Source: Diplonema japonicum
Taxonomy: Eukaryota; Protista; Euglenozoa: Diplonemea
Assembly (NCBI GenBank): GCA_964019335.1
Contig: OZ025709.1
Coordinates: 62,001 to 126,000, forward strand
Length of the DNA: 64,000 nucleotides
Direction of reading: 5' to 3'
Shown here: piece by piece, positions 23,188 through 34,500 of the stretch
Numbering within the stretch: position 1 is the stretch's first letter
How the letters are laid out: each line of letters starts with the position of its first letter
Position numbers and translations under genes: made by a program
Notes under the pieces: generated by a model
The model's input: only the letters and a program-made list of their open reading frames with translations
Database searches by the model: none
Told to the model about the DNA's origin: nothing

Positions 23188-25434
23188 TCACACTTCCATC
23201 TGTGCATCAGAGGGGAGGGGCTTGTTCGAGGTTCTCATGTCTATGTCATTGCCCCCGAAGCTCACACTCTGGTGTCCCTTCCACCACCACACACCAGCTC
23301 CTGCGGCAGCAATCAGCACCACTGCCACACCCACCACGATGAGAGCGATGGCAACCTTGCTGACGCTTGACCCTCCCCCGTTGCCGGGTGCGGGTGTTGC
23401 TAAAGTGGGTGCGGTCGTTGAAGGAGCGGCTGTACTCGGTGTGCGTGTACCCGGGGCTGCCGTGGTGGGTGCTTGTGTCGAAGGTGCACTGGTGCTTGGT
23501 GCCCTTGTCGCTGGTGCCAGTGTTGCAGGAGCTGAGGTTGTGGGTGCCAGGGTTGCGGGTGCGGGGGTTGCAGGAGCAGGAGTGCTCGGAGCAGGAGTCA
23601 AAGGTGCCGGTGTCGAAGGAGCAGGGGTGGCCGGGACCATCGTAGGCGGTGCCTCAGTGGGCGGTGCAAGGGTCCCGTTCCACACCTCAATCACAGACAT
23701 CCCCACCTCCGCCACATATGCCCGATTCCCCACCACCGCGATGCCCTTGTATGGAGACGTGCTGCTGTGCTCGTCGATGAGGGTGGGTGTCGAAGGGTTG
23801 CTCACGTCCACCAGCTGCAAACCACTACCAGAGGAGACAACAGCAGTGTCCCCCACTACCTTCACATCTTTCGCAGAGGCACTCCCCTTGAACAACCCGA
23901 CAACGGTAGGTGCCGAAAGGGTGCTCACATCGACCACGTAGAGCCCTGGCAAGTCTGCAACGTAGGCGGTGGTGCCCCTCACAGTCACCGCAGCCGCCGA
24001 TCGGAAGGACAGCAGGCCTCCGATGAGGGTGGGGGAAGAGGGAGTCTTCACATCGATCAGCTGCAAACCCTTTGGAGTGCTTGTGGCATACACTGTCATC
24101 CTGGATACGAACACCGAAGTGATTCCCTTGAGGGAAGGATAGGTGCCAACAACGGTGATTGCAGAAGGCTTGCTCACGTCGAGCAACTGCAAGCCGTCAG
24201 AGAGTGTTCCGATATACGCCGTAGTCCCCACCACATGCAGGGAGAGGACATTGCGGGCTGCGAAGAATCCCAACCCCCTGAGATACGGGGTGGTCGCGTC
24301 GTACACCACAAGCCCCTTAACGTATATCATATACAACGTGCTCCCAACCACTTGCACTGCTCTCGCACCAACACCTTGCAAAACGTGTACAGGTTTCGGG
24401 GAAGACGGGTCACTGATGTCCATCACCTGCATGGTGGTTCTTGACCCCACAAGGTACGCATAGTTTCCAGAGACAGCGACATCCATGGCAGCACCGCCAG
24501 GTGGATTGAAGGCCCCCAGCAGCACAGGGGAGGATGGGGTGCTCACATCAAGCATTTTGATCCCCCCACCGGCAATGTACGCAGTGGTCCCCACCACCTC
24601 CACCCGGGCACCAGTCGTGTCAATGGTGCCAAGAAACAATGGGGTGTCGGTGCTCACATCAACTATCACAGTGTTTGACGTGTCCGTCAGGTACGCCGTG
24701 TTGTTGGAAACGAAGACGTCGCGCAGGAACCTGTTGTCGTACACAGCTGTGAAGGAGGGGGACGAGGGGTCCGTCACATCGAAGATAAGAAGGCCACTAA
24801 ACAAGGTGGCCACGTAAGCTGCAGTGTCAGTGACGAAGAGGTTGACAGGGGCATTCAAAATTGAGGCGACCTCCACGGAGCCGATCAGGACAGGGGAGGA
24901 AGGGGTGCCGAAGTCGATGATGTTGAGGTCACGGCTTGCATTGCTTGAATTGTAAACAGTGATGTAGACAGTGGTCCCCACCACGAAGAGCACTTCAGCA
25001 CTGCTCTCGTTGTAGCTGCCAAGGAGCTCGGGGGCTGCTGTGGGGTTGGACACATCAATAGCAACAATGTCCCCTCCTGTGGACCTGAGGTAGGCAACAC
25101 CCCCAGACACCTGCACCTCCAAGCAGGGCTCTGGGAACTCTCCCACCACTGACCCGTTGCGAACAACCTTGAGTCCAGTCTTCCCGTCCGCCACATAGAC
25201 AGTGTCCCCCACGGCATCAACGCTGTTTGCCTTTCCCCCTGTTTCCACTCTCCACAGCTCTTTTGCCTCTCCGGGATTCTTCACATTTACCGCAACCAAA
25301 CCAGAAGCCCCAGCAGCAGTGAAGGCCGTGTCCCCCACCACCTTCAAGCCCTTCACCATATCCACAGCATCTGTCCGCCCCAACAGAGGGAGTTCTGCAG
25401 CCGCCGCTACATAGATCAGAGAAAGAAGCGCCAT
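23188..25434 (-). CDS. LVIVD-repeat membrane protein with mucin-like stalk, paralogue B1
   Basis: Signal peptide, LVIVD repeats, (P-x-T-x-A)n stalk, TM VAIALIVVGVAVVLIAAAGAGVWWW. Confidence 0.88.
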   Translation of the reverse strand: MALLSLIYVAAAAELPLLGRTDAVDMVKGLKVVGDTAFTAAGASGLVAVNVKNPGEAKELWRVETGGKANSVDAVGDTVYVADGKTGLKVVRNGSVVGEFPEPCLEVQVSGGVAYLRSTGGDIVAIDVSNPTAAPELLGSYNESSAEVLFVVGTTVYITVYNSSNASRDLNIIDFGTPSSPVLIGSVEVASILNAPVNLFVTDTAAYVATLFSGLLIFDVTDPSSPSFTAVYDNRFLRDVFVSNNTAYLTDTSNTVIVDVSTDTPLFLGTIDTTGARVEVVGTTAYIAGGGIKMLDVSTPSSPVLLGAFNPPGGAAMDVAVSGNYAYLVGSRTTMQVMDISDPSSPKPVHVLQGVGARAVQVVGSTLYMIYVKGLVVYDATTPYLRGLGFFAARNVLSLHVVGTTAYIGTLSDGLQLLDVSKPSAITVVGTYPSLKGITSVFVSRMTVYATSTPKGLQLIDVKTPSSPTLIGGLLSFRSAAAVTVRGTTAYVADLPGLYVVDVSTLSAPTVVGLFKGSASAKDVKVVGDTAVVSSGSGLQLVDVSNPSTPTLIDEHSSTSPYKGIAVVGNRAYVAEVGMSVIEVWNGTLAPPTEAPPTMVPATPAPSTPAPLTPAPSTPAPATPAPATLAPTTSAPATLAPATRAPSTSAPSTQAPTTAAPGTRTPSTAAPSTTAPTLATPAPGNGGGSSVSKVAIALIVVGVAVVLIAAAGAGVWWWKGHQSVSFGGNDIDMRTSNKPLPSDAQMEV
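23385..23665 (-). repeat. Coding 15-bp-period repeat (P-x-T-x-A pentapeptide stalk); same repeat in B2 at ~27247-27527
   Basis: PATPAPSTPAPLTPAPSTPAPATPAPATLAPTTSAP... Confidence 0.85.
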
Positions 25435-26208
25435 ATTGGTCCTGTAAGTGAGGGGTTTGGGTTACTGTTATATTTACGAAAAAGAAAATTCACTGTGATA
25501 GGAAACGAAGTGGTTAGCAACGGCCCACAAAAAAAAAAAAAAACTCAGGTTGATATGAACCCTCGTACGCTATTGTCCCAACTATTGGTCCTGGTGGGGG
25601 GGTTGTGGGTGGCTGGGGAAAGAGGAGAGGGAGAAAAAAGAAGAAAAAGAGAGAGAAAGAATGTGGGTCATGAAATGCTATATCGGGGACGCCCTGACCC
25701 CGTCCTGCACCCAGCGCGAGCTACAGTGGTGAACCTCCCAAAAAGAACAATAGTAAAAGGGAAAATACTGGGGAATTTTGTTCTTTTTTTTTATTCCTCC
25801 CCCCCTTTTCCTTTCCACGAAAAAAGGTAAAGCAGTGTCATTTGAGACAAAGAGAAGGGAATCATGTTGGAACAAAAACAAGAAATACAAAACGAGGAGC
25901 TAGGAAAGAGAGAATAGTCTGCTGTGTATTGCTGTACAGTATTCTGTCACAAGCGCTCATTCAGAACTAAGAGAAATAAAATAATTAATACGCTTCATAT
26001 CCGCTAAGTGACTGGAATGGATTTATTTTTTGCGTCCGGGGCCTAATGTCCGACATATGGAATTTTCTTTGCCTTACTTTGTACGAAGCGAAAGCCACTG
26101 CGTCGCGATTCGAACTGGAGACTTTCGAGGTCATTTTGGTTTGCCCCCCAAAAGAAAAATCTTTTGGAACTTCCTTGAAACTCACCGTTCGTTCATGTCC
26201 GTACATGT

Positions 26209-26245
<37 letters not shown>

Positions 26246-27049
26246 CCCGAAAAAACTAGTTTGGCGCTTTCATTTGTTTGATTTTACCTAATAAAATAGC
26301 TCATTACTGCCATCAACTAGTTTTTAGTGTTGACAATACAAAAAAAATAATTCAGTGAACCTTTGAGCATCCTTGCCATTTTTTTCCCCTATAGGACTTA
26401 GGCCGGGTCACAAAGCGGATACGGAGCGTTAATACAAAAAAAGATGTCTCTGAAGGGAACTTGCAGTATGTTACAGGATCGCCTAAAAAAGAAAAGAATT
26501 ATCACATATTTCTGCCAGATTAGCCTTCTGACAGTTGAAGTGCTTGAAAAAAAAAAAAAGAAAACCTTACTATATTTGTTTGAAGGTTGGAGCCCATAAT
26601 TTTCCACGTCCGCAAATCGCAGTACCAAAGGGATACGAAAAGAGAAAAAAGATTACCAGGGGAGGTTCTGTTGCTCTCCCCTTTTTCTTTTTCTTCTTTT
26701 CCAAGGGCTTCCGAGGCACAGGATGAACAATGAAAACTTAAGAGCTACTCCCCCTCAAAAAAAGGGGGAACTGTATTGTAGTCTAAGGTCAAAATTAAGA
26801 AAGAGAGGGAATTCAGATAGAAAATGGGAGAATTTTCACTTTTGCTTTATTTTCCTTTTCTAATCCCGAGGGGTGGGTTGCCCCCACCGTGTCAGCACGG
26901 TTGGAAGAGAAGAGAAAGTTGCAACAAAACAAAAAACAAAATGACAAATAAAAGCACACAGGACAGATTTTGATGAACTACAACAAAGTTAAGCAAACTT
27001 CCGCTTATTAACCTTAAGTTTGTCGACAGGAGTAGGCCGCACAACCTAT

Positions 27050-29293
27050 TCACACTTCCATCTGTGCATCAGAGGGGAGGGGCTTGTTCGAGGTTCTCAT
27101 GTCTATGTCATTGCCCCCGAAGCTCACACTCTGGTGTCCCTTCCACCACCACACACCAGCTCCTGCGGCAGCAATCAGCACCACTGCCACACCCACCACG
27201 ATGAGAGCGATGGCAACCTTGCTGACGCTTGACCCTCCCCCGTTGCCGGGTGCGGGTGTTGCTAAAGTGGGTGCGGTCGTTGAAGGAGCGGCTGTACTCG
27301 GTGTGCGTGTACCCGGGGCTGCCGTGGTGGGTGCTTGTGTCGAAGGTGCACTGGTGCTTGGTGCCCTTGTCGCTGGTGCCAGTGTTGCAGGAGCTGAGGT
27401 TGTGGGTGCCAGGGTTGCGGGTGCGGGGGTTGCAGGAGCAGGAGTGCTCGGAGCAGGAGTCAAAGGTGCCGGTGTCGAAGGAGCAGGGGTGGCCGGGACC
27501 ATCGTAGGCGGTGCCTCAGTGGGCGGTGCAAGGGTCCCGTTCCACACCTCAATCACAGACATCCCCACCTCCGCCACATATGCCCGATTCCCCACCACCG
27601 CGATGCCCTTGTATGGAGACGTGCTGCTGTGCTCGTCGATGAGGGTGGGTGTCGAAGGGTTGCTCACGTCCACCAGCTGCAAACCACTACCAGAGGAGAC
27701 AACAGCAGTGTCCCCCACTACCTTCACATCTTTCGCAGAGGCACTCCCCTTGAACAACCCGACAACGGTAGGTGCCGAAAGGGTGCTCACATCGACCACG
27801 TAGAGCCCTGGCAAGTCTGCAACGTAGGCGGTGGTGCCCCTCACAGTCACCGCAGCCGCCGATCGGAAGGACAGCAGGCCTCCGATGAGGGTGGGGGAAG
27901 AGGGAGTCTTCACATCGATCAGCTGCAAACCCTTCAGGGTGCTTGTGGCATACACTGTCGTCCCGGATACGAACACCGAAGTGATTCGCCAGAGGGAATA
28001 GGTGCCAACAACGGTGATTGCAGAAGGCTTGCTCACGTCGAGCAACTGCAAGCCGTCCGAGTGCATTCCGATATACGCCGTAGTCCCCACCACATGCAGG
28101 GAGAGGACATTGCGGGCTGAGAAGAATCCCAACTGCCTGAGATACGGGGTGGTCGCGTCGTACACCACAAGCCCGTATCTGTATATCATATACAACGTGC
28201 TCCCAACCACTTGCACTGCTCTCGCATCAACACTTTGCAAAACATATACAGGTTTCGGGGAAGACGGGTCACTGATGTCCATCACCTGCATGGTGGTTCT
28301 TGACCCCACAAGGTACGCATAGTTTCCAGAGACAGCGACATCCATGGCAGCACCGCCAGGTGGATTGAAGGCCCCCAGCAGCACAGGGGAGGATGGGGTG
28401 CTCACATCAAGCATTTTGATCCCCCCACCGGCAATGTACGCAGTGGTCCCCACCACCTCCACCCGGGCACCAGTCGTGTCAATGGTGCCAAGAAACAATG
28501 GGGTGTCGGTGCTCACATCAACTATCACAGTGTTTGACGTGTCCGTAAGGTACGCCGTGTTGTTGGAAACGAAAACGTCGCGCAGGAACCTGTTGTCGTA
28601 CACAGCTGTGAAGGAGGGGGACGAGGGGTCCGTCACATCGAAGATAAGAAGGCCATCAAGCAAGGTGGCCACGTAAGCTGCAGTGTCAGTGACGAAGAGG
28701 TTGAGAGGAATATTCGCAGCTGAGGCGACCTCCACGGAGCCGATCAGGACAGGGGAGGAAGGGGCGCCGAAGTCGATGATGTTGAGGTCACGGCTTGCAT
28801 TGCTTGAATTGTAAACAGTGATGTAGACAGTGGTCCCCACCACGAAGAGCACTTCAGCACTGCTCTCGTTGTAGCTGCCAAGGAGCTCGGGGGCTGCTGT
28901 GGGGTTGGACACATCAATAGCAACAATGTCCCCTCCTGTGGACCTGAGGTAGGCAACACCCCCAGACACCTGCACCTCCAAGCAGGGCTCTGGGAACTCT
29001 CCCACCACTGACCCGTTGCGAACAACCTTGAGTCCAGTCTTCCCGTCCGCCACATAGACAGTGTCCCCCACGGCATCAACGCTGTTTGCCTTTCCCCCTG
29101 TTTCCACTCTCCACAGCTCTTTTGCCTCTCCGGGATTCTTCACATTTACCGCAACCAAACCAGAAGCCCCAGCAGCAGTGAAGGCCGTGTCCCCCACCAC
29201 CTTCAAGCCCTTCACCATATCCACAGCATCTGTCCGCCCCAACAGAGGGAGTTCTGCAGCCGCCGCTACATAGATCAGAGAAAGAAGCGCCAT
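27050..29293 (-). CDS. LVIVD-repeat membrane protein with mucin-like stalk, paralogue B2
   Basis: Near-identical tandem copy of B1 (offset ~3.86 kb), including the 3' flank. Confidence 0.88.
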   Translation of the reverse strand: MALLSLIYVAAAAELPLLGRTDAVDMVKGLKVVGDTAFTAAGASGLVAVNVKNPGEAKELWRVETGGKANSVDAVGDTVYVADGKTGLKVVRNGSVVGEFPEPCLEVQVSGGVAYLRSTGGDIVAIDVSNPTAAPELLGSYNESSAEVLFVVGTTVYITVYNSSNASRDLNIIDFGAPSSPVLIGSVEVASAANIPLNLFVTDTAAYVATLLDGLLIFDVTDPSSPSFTAVYDNRFLRDVFVSNNTAYLTDTSNTVIVDVSTDTPLFLGTIDTTGARVEVVGTTAYIAGGGIKMLDVSTPSSPVLLGAFNPPGGAAMDVAVSGNYAYLVGSRTTMQVMDISDPSSPKPVYVLQSVDARAVQVVGSTLYMIYRYGLVVYDATTPYLRQLGFFSARNVLSLHVVGTTAYIGMHSDGLQLLDVSKPSAITVVGTYSLWRITSVFVSGTTVYATSTLKGLQLIDVKTPSSPTLIGGLLSFRSAAAVTVRGTTAYVADLPGLYVVDVSTLSAPTVVGLFKGSASAKDVKVVGDTAVVSSGSGLQLVDVSNPSTPTLIDEHSSTSPYKGIAVVGNRAYVAEVGMSVIEVWNGTLAPPTEAPPTMVPATPAPSTPAPLTPAPSTPAPATPAPATLAPTTSAPATLAPATRAPSTSAPSTQAPTTAAPGTRTPSTAAPSTTAPTLATPAPGNGGGSSVSKVAIALIVVGVAVVLIAAAGAGVWWWKGHQSVSFGGNDIDMRTSNKPLPSDAQMEV

Positions 29294-29585
29294 ATTGGTC
29301 CTGTAAGTGAGGGGTTTGGTGTGTTACTGTTTTATGTAAAAAAAAAAAGAAAAAGAAAGCTCAAAGTACAGGACAAGCCCTCCGGTTGAGGGCCGTCCTA
29401 TGGGGAAGGGAAAAGAAAGCAAAACAATATGCAGAGGAGAAGCTAGACTGTGCTGCGAGAAAGGGAGGCAAGATCCAAAGACAAAGCAGAAGCCCTTTGC
29501 GGCTAGGGATAAATTCTTCATAGAAGAGGAAAAAAAAGGGGGGCATTAACAATAGGGGTTTTGTCCTTGTTCTCGGCGTAATGAC

Positions 29586-30941
29586 TTAGTACTGTGTAGC
29601 TGTACTGCAGTCACTAAAATTATCGTCGCACAAGAGTGCCCCGCAACTGCAACACCCCACGTGTTCGTAAAAAGCAAACTCTGTGACGAGGTCTTGCATG
29701 TTCGACTCTGTTTCAGCGAACTCCATCTCGTCCATTCCCTCGCTGGTGTACCAGTGGAGGAAGGCCTTCCTTTTGAACATCGGAGTGAATTCGTTTAGCA
29801 CCCTGAAAAATAACTGTTTCATGCAGGTGCTGCTTCCGACGAAGCAGGCCGACCTTTTAGTCCCCTTGAGTGGGATATCACAGATGGACGACTTTATGTT
29901 ATTTGGCAGCCACTCTACGAAGGATCTAGAGTATTTGTTTTGCACATTCAGCATCTCCTCGTCCACTTCCTGGGTGGGGATATCCCCACGGAACATTTGG
30001 CACACAGTGAGGTACTTCCCGTCACGCGGGTCCACTGCGCACATTAAATTATTCGCGTTAAACGTCTGCTGTGTCAGCTCATGTACAGGAAGGACAGAGC
30101 ACCCCAACATCTTGCGCGAAGGCAGCGGTGCGAACCCAACAAGAAAAAAATGCAGCCTTGGGAACGGGACCAAGTTCACAGCCATCTTCCTTAAATCCGC
30201 ATTAAGCTGACCGGGAAACCGTAGGCAGCACGTCACACCCGACATAACAGCAGACACGAGATGGTTCAAATCCCCGAAGGTGGGGACCGTGAGCTTCAGC
30301 GTGCGAAAGCATATATTATACAACGCTTCGTTGTCGATCATCACGCACTCGTCTGCGTTCTCCACAAGCTGGTGGATGGACAGGGCTGCGTTGTAGGGCT
30401 CCACAACGGTGTCCGACACCTTGGGAGAAGGGATCACGGAAAAGGTGAGCATCACCCTATCGGAGTACTCCTCACGGAGCTTCGAGATGAGGAGGGTCCC
30501 CAAACCAGACCCGGTACCACCTCCGAGGGAATGCGCCAACTGGAAGCCTTGGAGACAGTCGCAAGACTCGGCTTCCTTCCTGCAAACGTCTAGTAAATGG
30601 TCAACGATCTCAGCACCTTCGGTGTAATGGCCCTTTGCCCAGTTGTTCCCAGCACCTGTCTGGCCGGACACAAAGTTGTCAGGGCGGAAGGCTTGCCCGT
30701 AGGGACCTGCCCGAATGGAATCAATGAGGCCAGGCTCGAGGTCCGCTAGAACGGCTCGAGGGACGTACCTCCCGCCACTTGCTTCGTTGAAGAACACGTT
30801 GATCCCGTCCAGCTGCAGGTCTGAGTCGCCCTCATAGGCTCCTGTTGGGTTCACTCCGTGCTCGCTGGACACCACTTCCCAGAACTTGGAACCGATCTGG
30901 TTCCCGCACTGGCCCACTTGGATCGAAACGATCTCTCTCAT
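29586..30941 (-). CDS. TUBB: Divergent beta-tubulin
   Basis: MREIV start at 30941, [33 protein letters not shown]; atypical C-terminal half and tail. Confidence 0.92.
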   Translation of the reverse strand: MREIVSIQVGQCGNQIGSKFWEVVSSEHGVNPTGAYEGDSDLQLDGINVFFNEASGGRYVPRAVLADLEPGLIDSIRAGPYGQAFRPDNFVSGQTGAGNNWAKGHYTEGAEIVDHLLDVCRKEAESCDCLQGFQLAHSLGGGTGSGLGTLLISKLREEYSDRVMLTFSVIPSPKVSDTVVEPYNAALSIHQLVENADECVMIDNEALYNICFRTLKLTVPTFGDLNHLVSAVMSGVTCCLRFPGQLNADLRKMAVNLVPFPRLHFFLVGFAPLPSRKMLGCSVLPVHELTQQTFNANNLMCAVDPRDGKYLTVCQMFRGDIPTQEVDEEMLNVQNKYSRSFVEWLPNNIKSSICDIPLKGTKRSACFVGSSTCMKQLFFRVLNEFTPMFKRKAFLHWYTSEGMDEMEFAETESNMQDLVTEFAFYEHVGCCSCGALLCDDNFSDCSTATQY

Positions 30942-31586
30942 GCTGCAATGGAGGTAGAGGGCCCTGTGGCAAGAGAGGTGTGAAAAGGGCATGACGAACC
31001 TCAATATTGCCATTTCTGCACAAATCGTGGTGATGCGCTTCAGTGCAATTGAAATAAATTGATGCACGAGTCATATCATGAGTTTCATGTCACCACCCGC
31101 ACGATTAGAAACGACGGCAGCTGAAACGACAGGGAGAATGGTGCAAAAATATATAATAGAGAAAAATGTTTGAAAGGGAAAAGGGGGGGCGAAGAAGAGT
31201 AGAGAAGAAAAGAAAAAAAAAGATAATAGGACACAAAAATATGTGGGGAGGGAGGGAGGGAGGGAGGGAGGGGGGGGGGAGAGTTATTTAATATTTTCTT
31301 TTTTTTTTAAATCGCCCCCTTTTTTTTTTAAAAAAAATCTTTTTTTTCGTTTTTCTTCTTTGTTCTAAAGACAAAAGGGATCATTGCCCCGAGAAGCGGA
31401 ACTTTACGACAAGGTTGGGGCGAACACCCTTTTTTATAAGGAAAGAGAGGTAGGGAGGAAATGAACAAACAATAATAAATAAATAAATGAAAAACTCCAC
31501 AACATAGTAGGCACCATACCACAACTAAACCCAAAGAGTGTTGATCTGTCAACGCAACTTTTCTTCTTTTCTTTTTTTTTTTTTTT

Positions 31587-34500
31587 TTATACATCAAGAT
31601 CTGCGATAGAGAGAGGGGGCACTGTCAGCGCAGAAGTGAGAAGCTGAAGACGAGTCAACTTGTCTGTTACTTTCATTGAAACAAGATCTTCTTCAGTCTG
31701 CGTGAAGGAAAATGAATAAAGAGACGGCGAACAGCCACATACCAAAAAAGGGACCTGCTGAGCGGTGATGCCATGCTTCCCAAAGTGGGGGACGTACTGA
31801 TCCAGGTTGATGTACCTCAACCAGTCAGCGACAAAGGGATCGCAGTTGAACAGCAGATTAGTTGTTATTGCGCTTATGGCAGTCTGAGTTTTTGCCAGCT
31901 CGTGCGCGCCGTTCTTCAGTTCTGCGACTGCAGCGGAGAGTTCTTTCTTTTGTGTTGTTCCTCTATGTTGGGTGTGGCTACTGCGCCTGGTTCTTTCTTC
32001 CAGGGACTTCAATTCCAGTGCCTTTAACCTCTCATCGTGTTGCTTGAAGTTTGCCATCACCTTTCGACCCACGTTGCCCTCGGTGTGCTGTCGCCCCGAG
32101 TGACCAGAAGACGAATGGGTAACGCCTTGAGATGAAGTCGATGGTCGAGAAGCAAGCCGTGCCTCCTCCAGGTGGTTGTGGTGGTGGTGTTTGTCTTTCT
32201 TGTCTTGTTTGTCCCTCTTCTCTTTGTGTTGCTTGCGTGTGTTGATGTTGGATATCTTTGTGAGAAGGCTGTCGAGCGCGGTCCCCACTTTTTCCATCAG
32301 CTTCGTCTTCTCCTTCGGAGCGCTGCTAGCTGCGCTGCTTTGTCTGCCCTGCTTCGGAACGTTCTTCGTCAGCACCACAGGCGGGCCATTTTCATGTTTA
32401 GCCGAGTGAACATTCAGTCTCCACTGGTCAATGTCCGTTAGTTCCCGTGTGATAGACGTCTCGGACTCATGGCTTCGAGGCACCTCTGGGGGACTGCTTG
32501 GAACACGGACGTGTTGCTTTGGCTGCACGACGCTTTTCTTCCGGCGCCGTGCCTCCCTGCGCTCCTTCTCACGCTCCTTGGCCTGTTGCTGCGCTTGCAG
32601 CTGGAGTTGTTGCTGTTGCTGTGCAATGCTCGACAGTGTCATCTGCATCCCCAGCTGCATCCCGTACGCCATTGCAGTCGTGTACTGCGCCTGCTTCTCT
32701 TCGTCACTTTGCTGCCGCTTCGCCACCTCATCTATCTCAACTTGTTCAAAATTCGGCACCTGTGCTGCCCTGTTTGTGCTAGTTTGCGTGGTCGTGTCTG
32801 CCTTACGTGGTTCTTTGCGAACCTCTCTCGGCACAGGACTGGGCGGCGGTGCGGGTGCTCCATGCCGCTCGTCAGGTGTCAGCTCACGACCGCCTGCACC
32901 ATACGCAGGGTAGTGATTGTAGGAGCCTCCGTGGTATTGCGCATGCTGGGGGACATAATATGGGTGCTGCTCAGGGCGATACATAGGAGGCTGCTGGTGA
33001 GGGGAAGGCACATGGTGGCCGTACTCATGGTGCATCGGTGGAGGAATGTGCCCATTTCCCATGTGGTAACCATTGTAGGGAGGACCAGCTCGCGGTGGCA
33101 GTGGCTGGTCTTCGCGAGCTGTGGGGTAGGGATGATACGTGGCAGGGTTGTGGGTTTGGTGTGTCTGAGGCAAGGGGGAAAGAGGAGTCATGTTGTCGCT
33201 AGGAGAAGCGGGGTGAGAGGGACTAGCGGTCTGCTGCGAGGTGGGTGGAGGCACGTCGCTTCGCGGCCTGTTCGGGGTGCCATGGGAGTCCACGACAGAG
33301 ACTTTTTTAGGGGTAGGGGGTAGGGACGGTGTAGTGGCGGGCACAATGATGCTGGGCTTCCGTTGCGCAGGAGCAGCGGGTGTCCCAGAAGGTGCCGAGC
33401 TCTTAGGAGCTACAGTGTCCTCATTGGTGCTGCTGTTGTGACTGGCAATGTGGGAATTCTCCTCCTCCGGTTCCTCTTTTTTCACTTTCTCTTCTTCTTC
33501 GACCTTATCTTCCTTTTTCCCTTCCTCCTTCTCTCCATTCTCTTGCTCCTGTTCTTTCTCTTTCTCTTCCTCTTTCTCTTTTACTTTCTCTTTTTCCTTT
33601 TCTTTCTCTTTCTCCTTCTTCGTCTCTTCCTCCTTATCATCCTCCTTCTCCTCATTTTCTGTTGGTTCTTCAGGCTCCCGTTCTTCTTCCTCTTCTTCCT
33701 TTTCTTTCTCTTCCGTTTCGGCATCTTTTTCTTCCTCCTTCTCTTCCTCTTCTTTGTTCTCGCTAGTCTGCGAAGCGGCTTCCGATGGAGGGTCCGAAGG
33801 CGGCGATGGCGGTGTCTCGGGTTTCTTCTTTTTTTGTTTTTCGCTGCCTTTGTTGGCCTCTTTCTTCGGTCCGTCTTTTTCTTTTGCAGGCAGGTCGGTG
33901 GGTTTGTCTTTGTCACCTTTTCCGGTTGGCTTCTTTGGTGCGTCCTTCCAGCGTTTCTCGCCAGGCCCCTTCCCGTAATATTCTATAAACGAGGATTTGG
34001 GGTACCAGTTCCCGTCGCTGGTGTCCATCCGGAGCTCTTCCTTGTTGTCATTGTCGGGAGGGGGCTTTTCCGCTTTCTTCACAGGTGCTTTCTTGGGAGG
34101 GCCGTCCGACGATCCCCTGATCTCCAAGAAGACGTTTCCGAAAGCCCCGTTCAGCTTCTTTGACAGTTCTGCGTCCTTTGGGTTGTTTGCGCGCACGGAC
34201 ATCTTAACCTTTTTCTTGAGAGGCGCTCCAAGGGATTTGTTCATAGCTTCTTCGGACAGACCTATCTCGGCATGGCCGAGGAAAGAAGGCGGCTTAGTAG
34301 CGGCGTCCAAGACAGTAACGGACGCGACTGTGAGCTTCTTCCGGTTTTTCAAGTAGAATTTGAAACGATTCCCCCATGAAGGGGTGACCCCGCCTTTCGA
34401 GTCGACTGTCGTCTGCAGCTCGCCTGCGATTGCCTGGTCGGCGTTCGTGCAGAACAATGCTGCGTAGGGTTCGACAGATTTACCTTTTTCGGCTTTGCGC

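Noticed and set aside
23385-23665. Periodic repeats as a CRISPR array or DGR-type template/variable repeat
   Set aside because: Coding mucin-like repeats; no constant repeat-spacer pattern, no reverse transcriptase in the window, and paralogue differences are not adenine-specific
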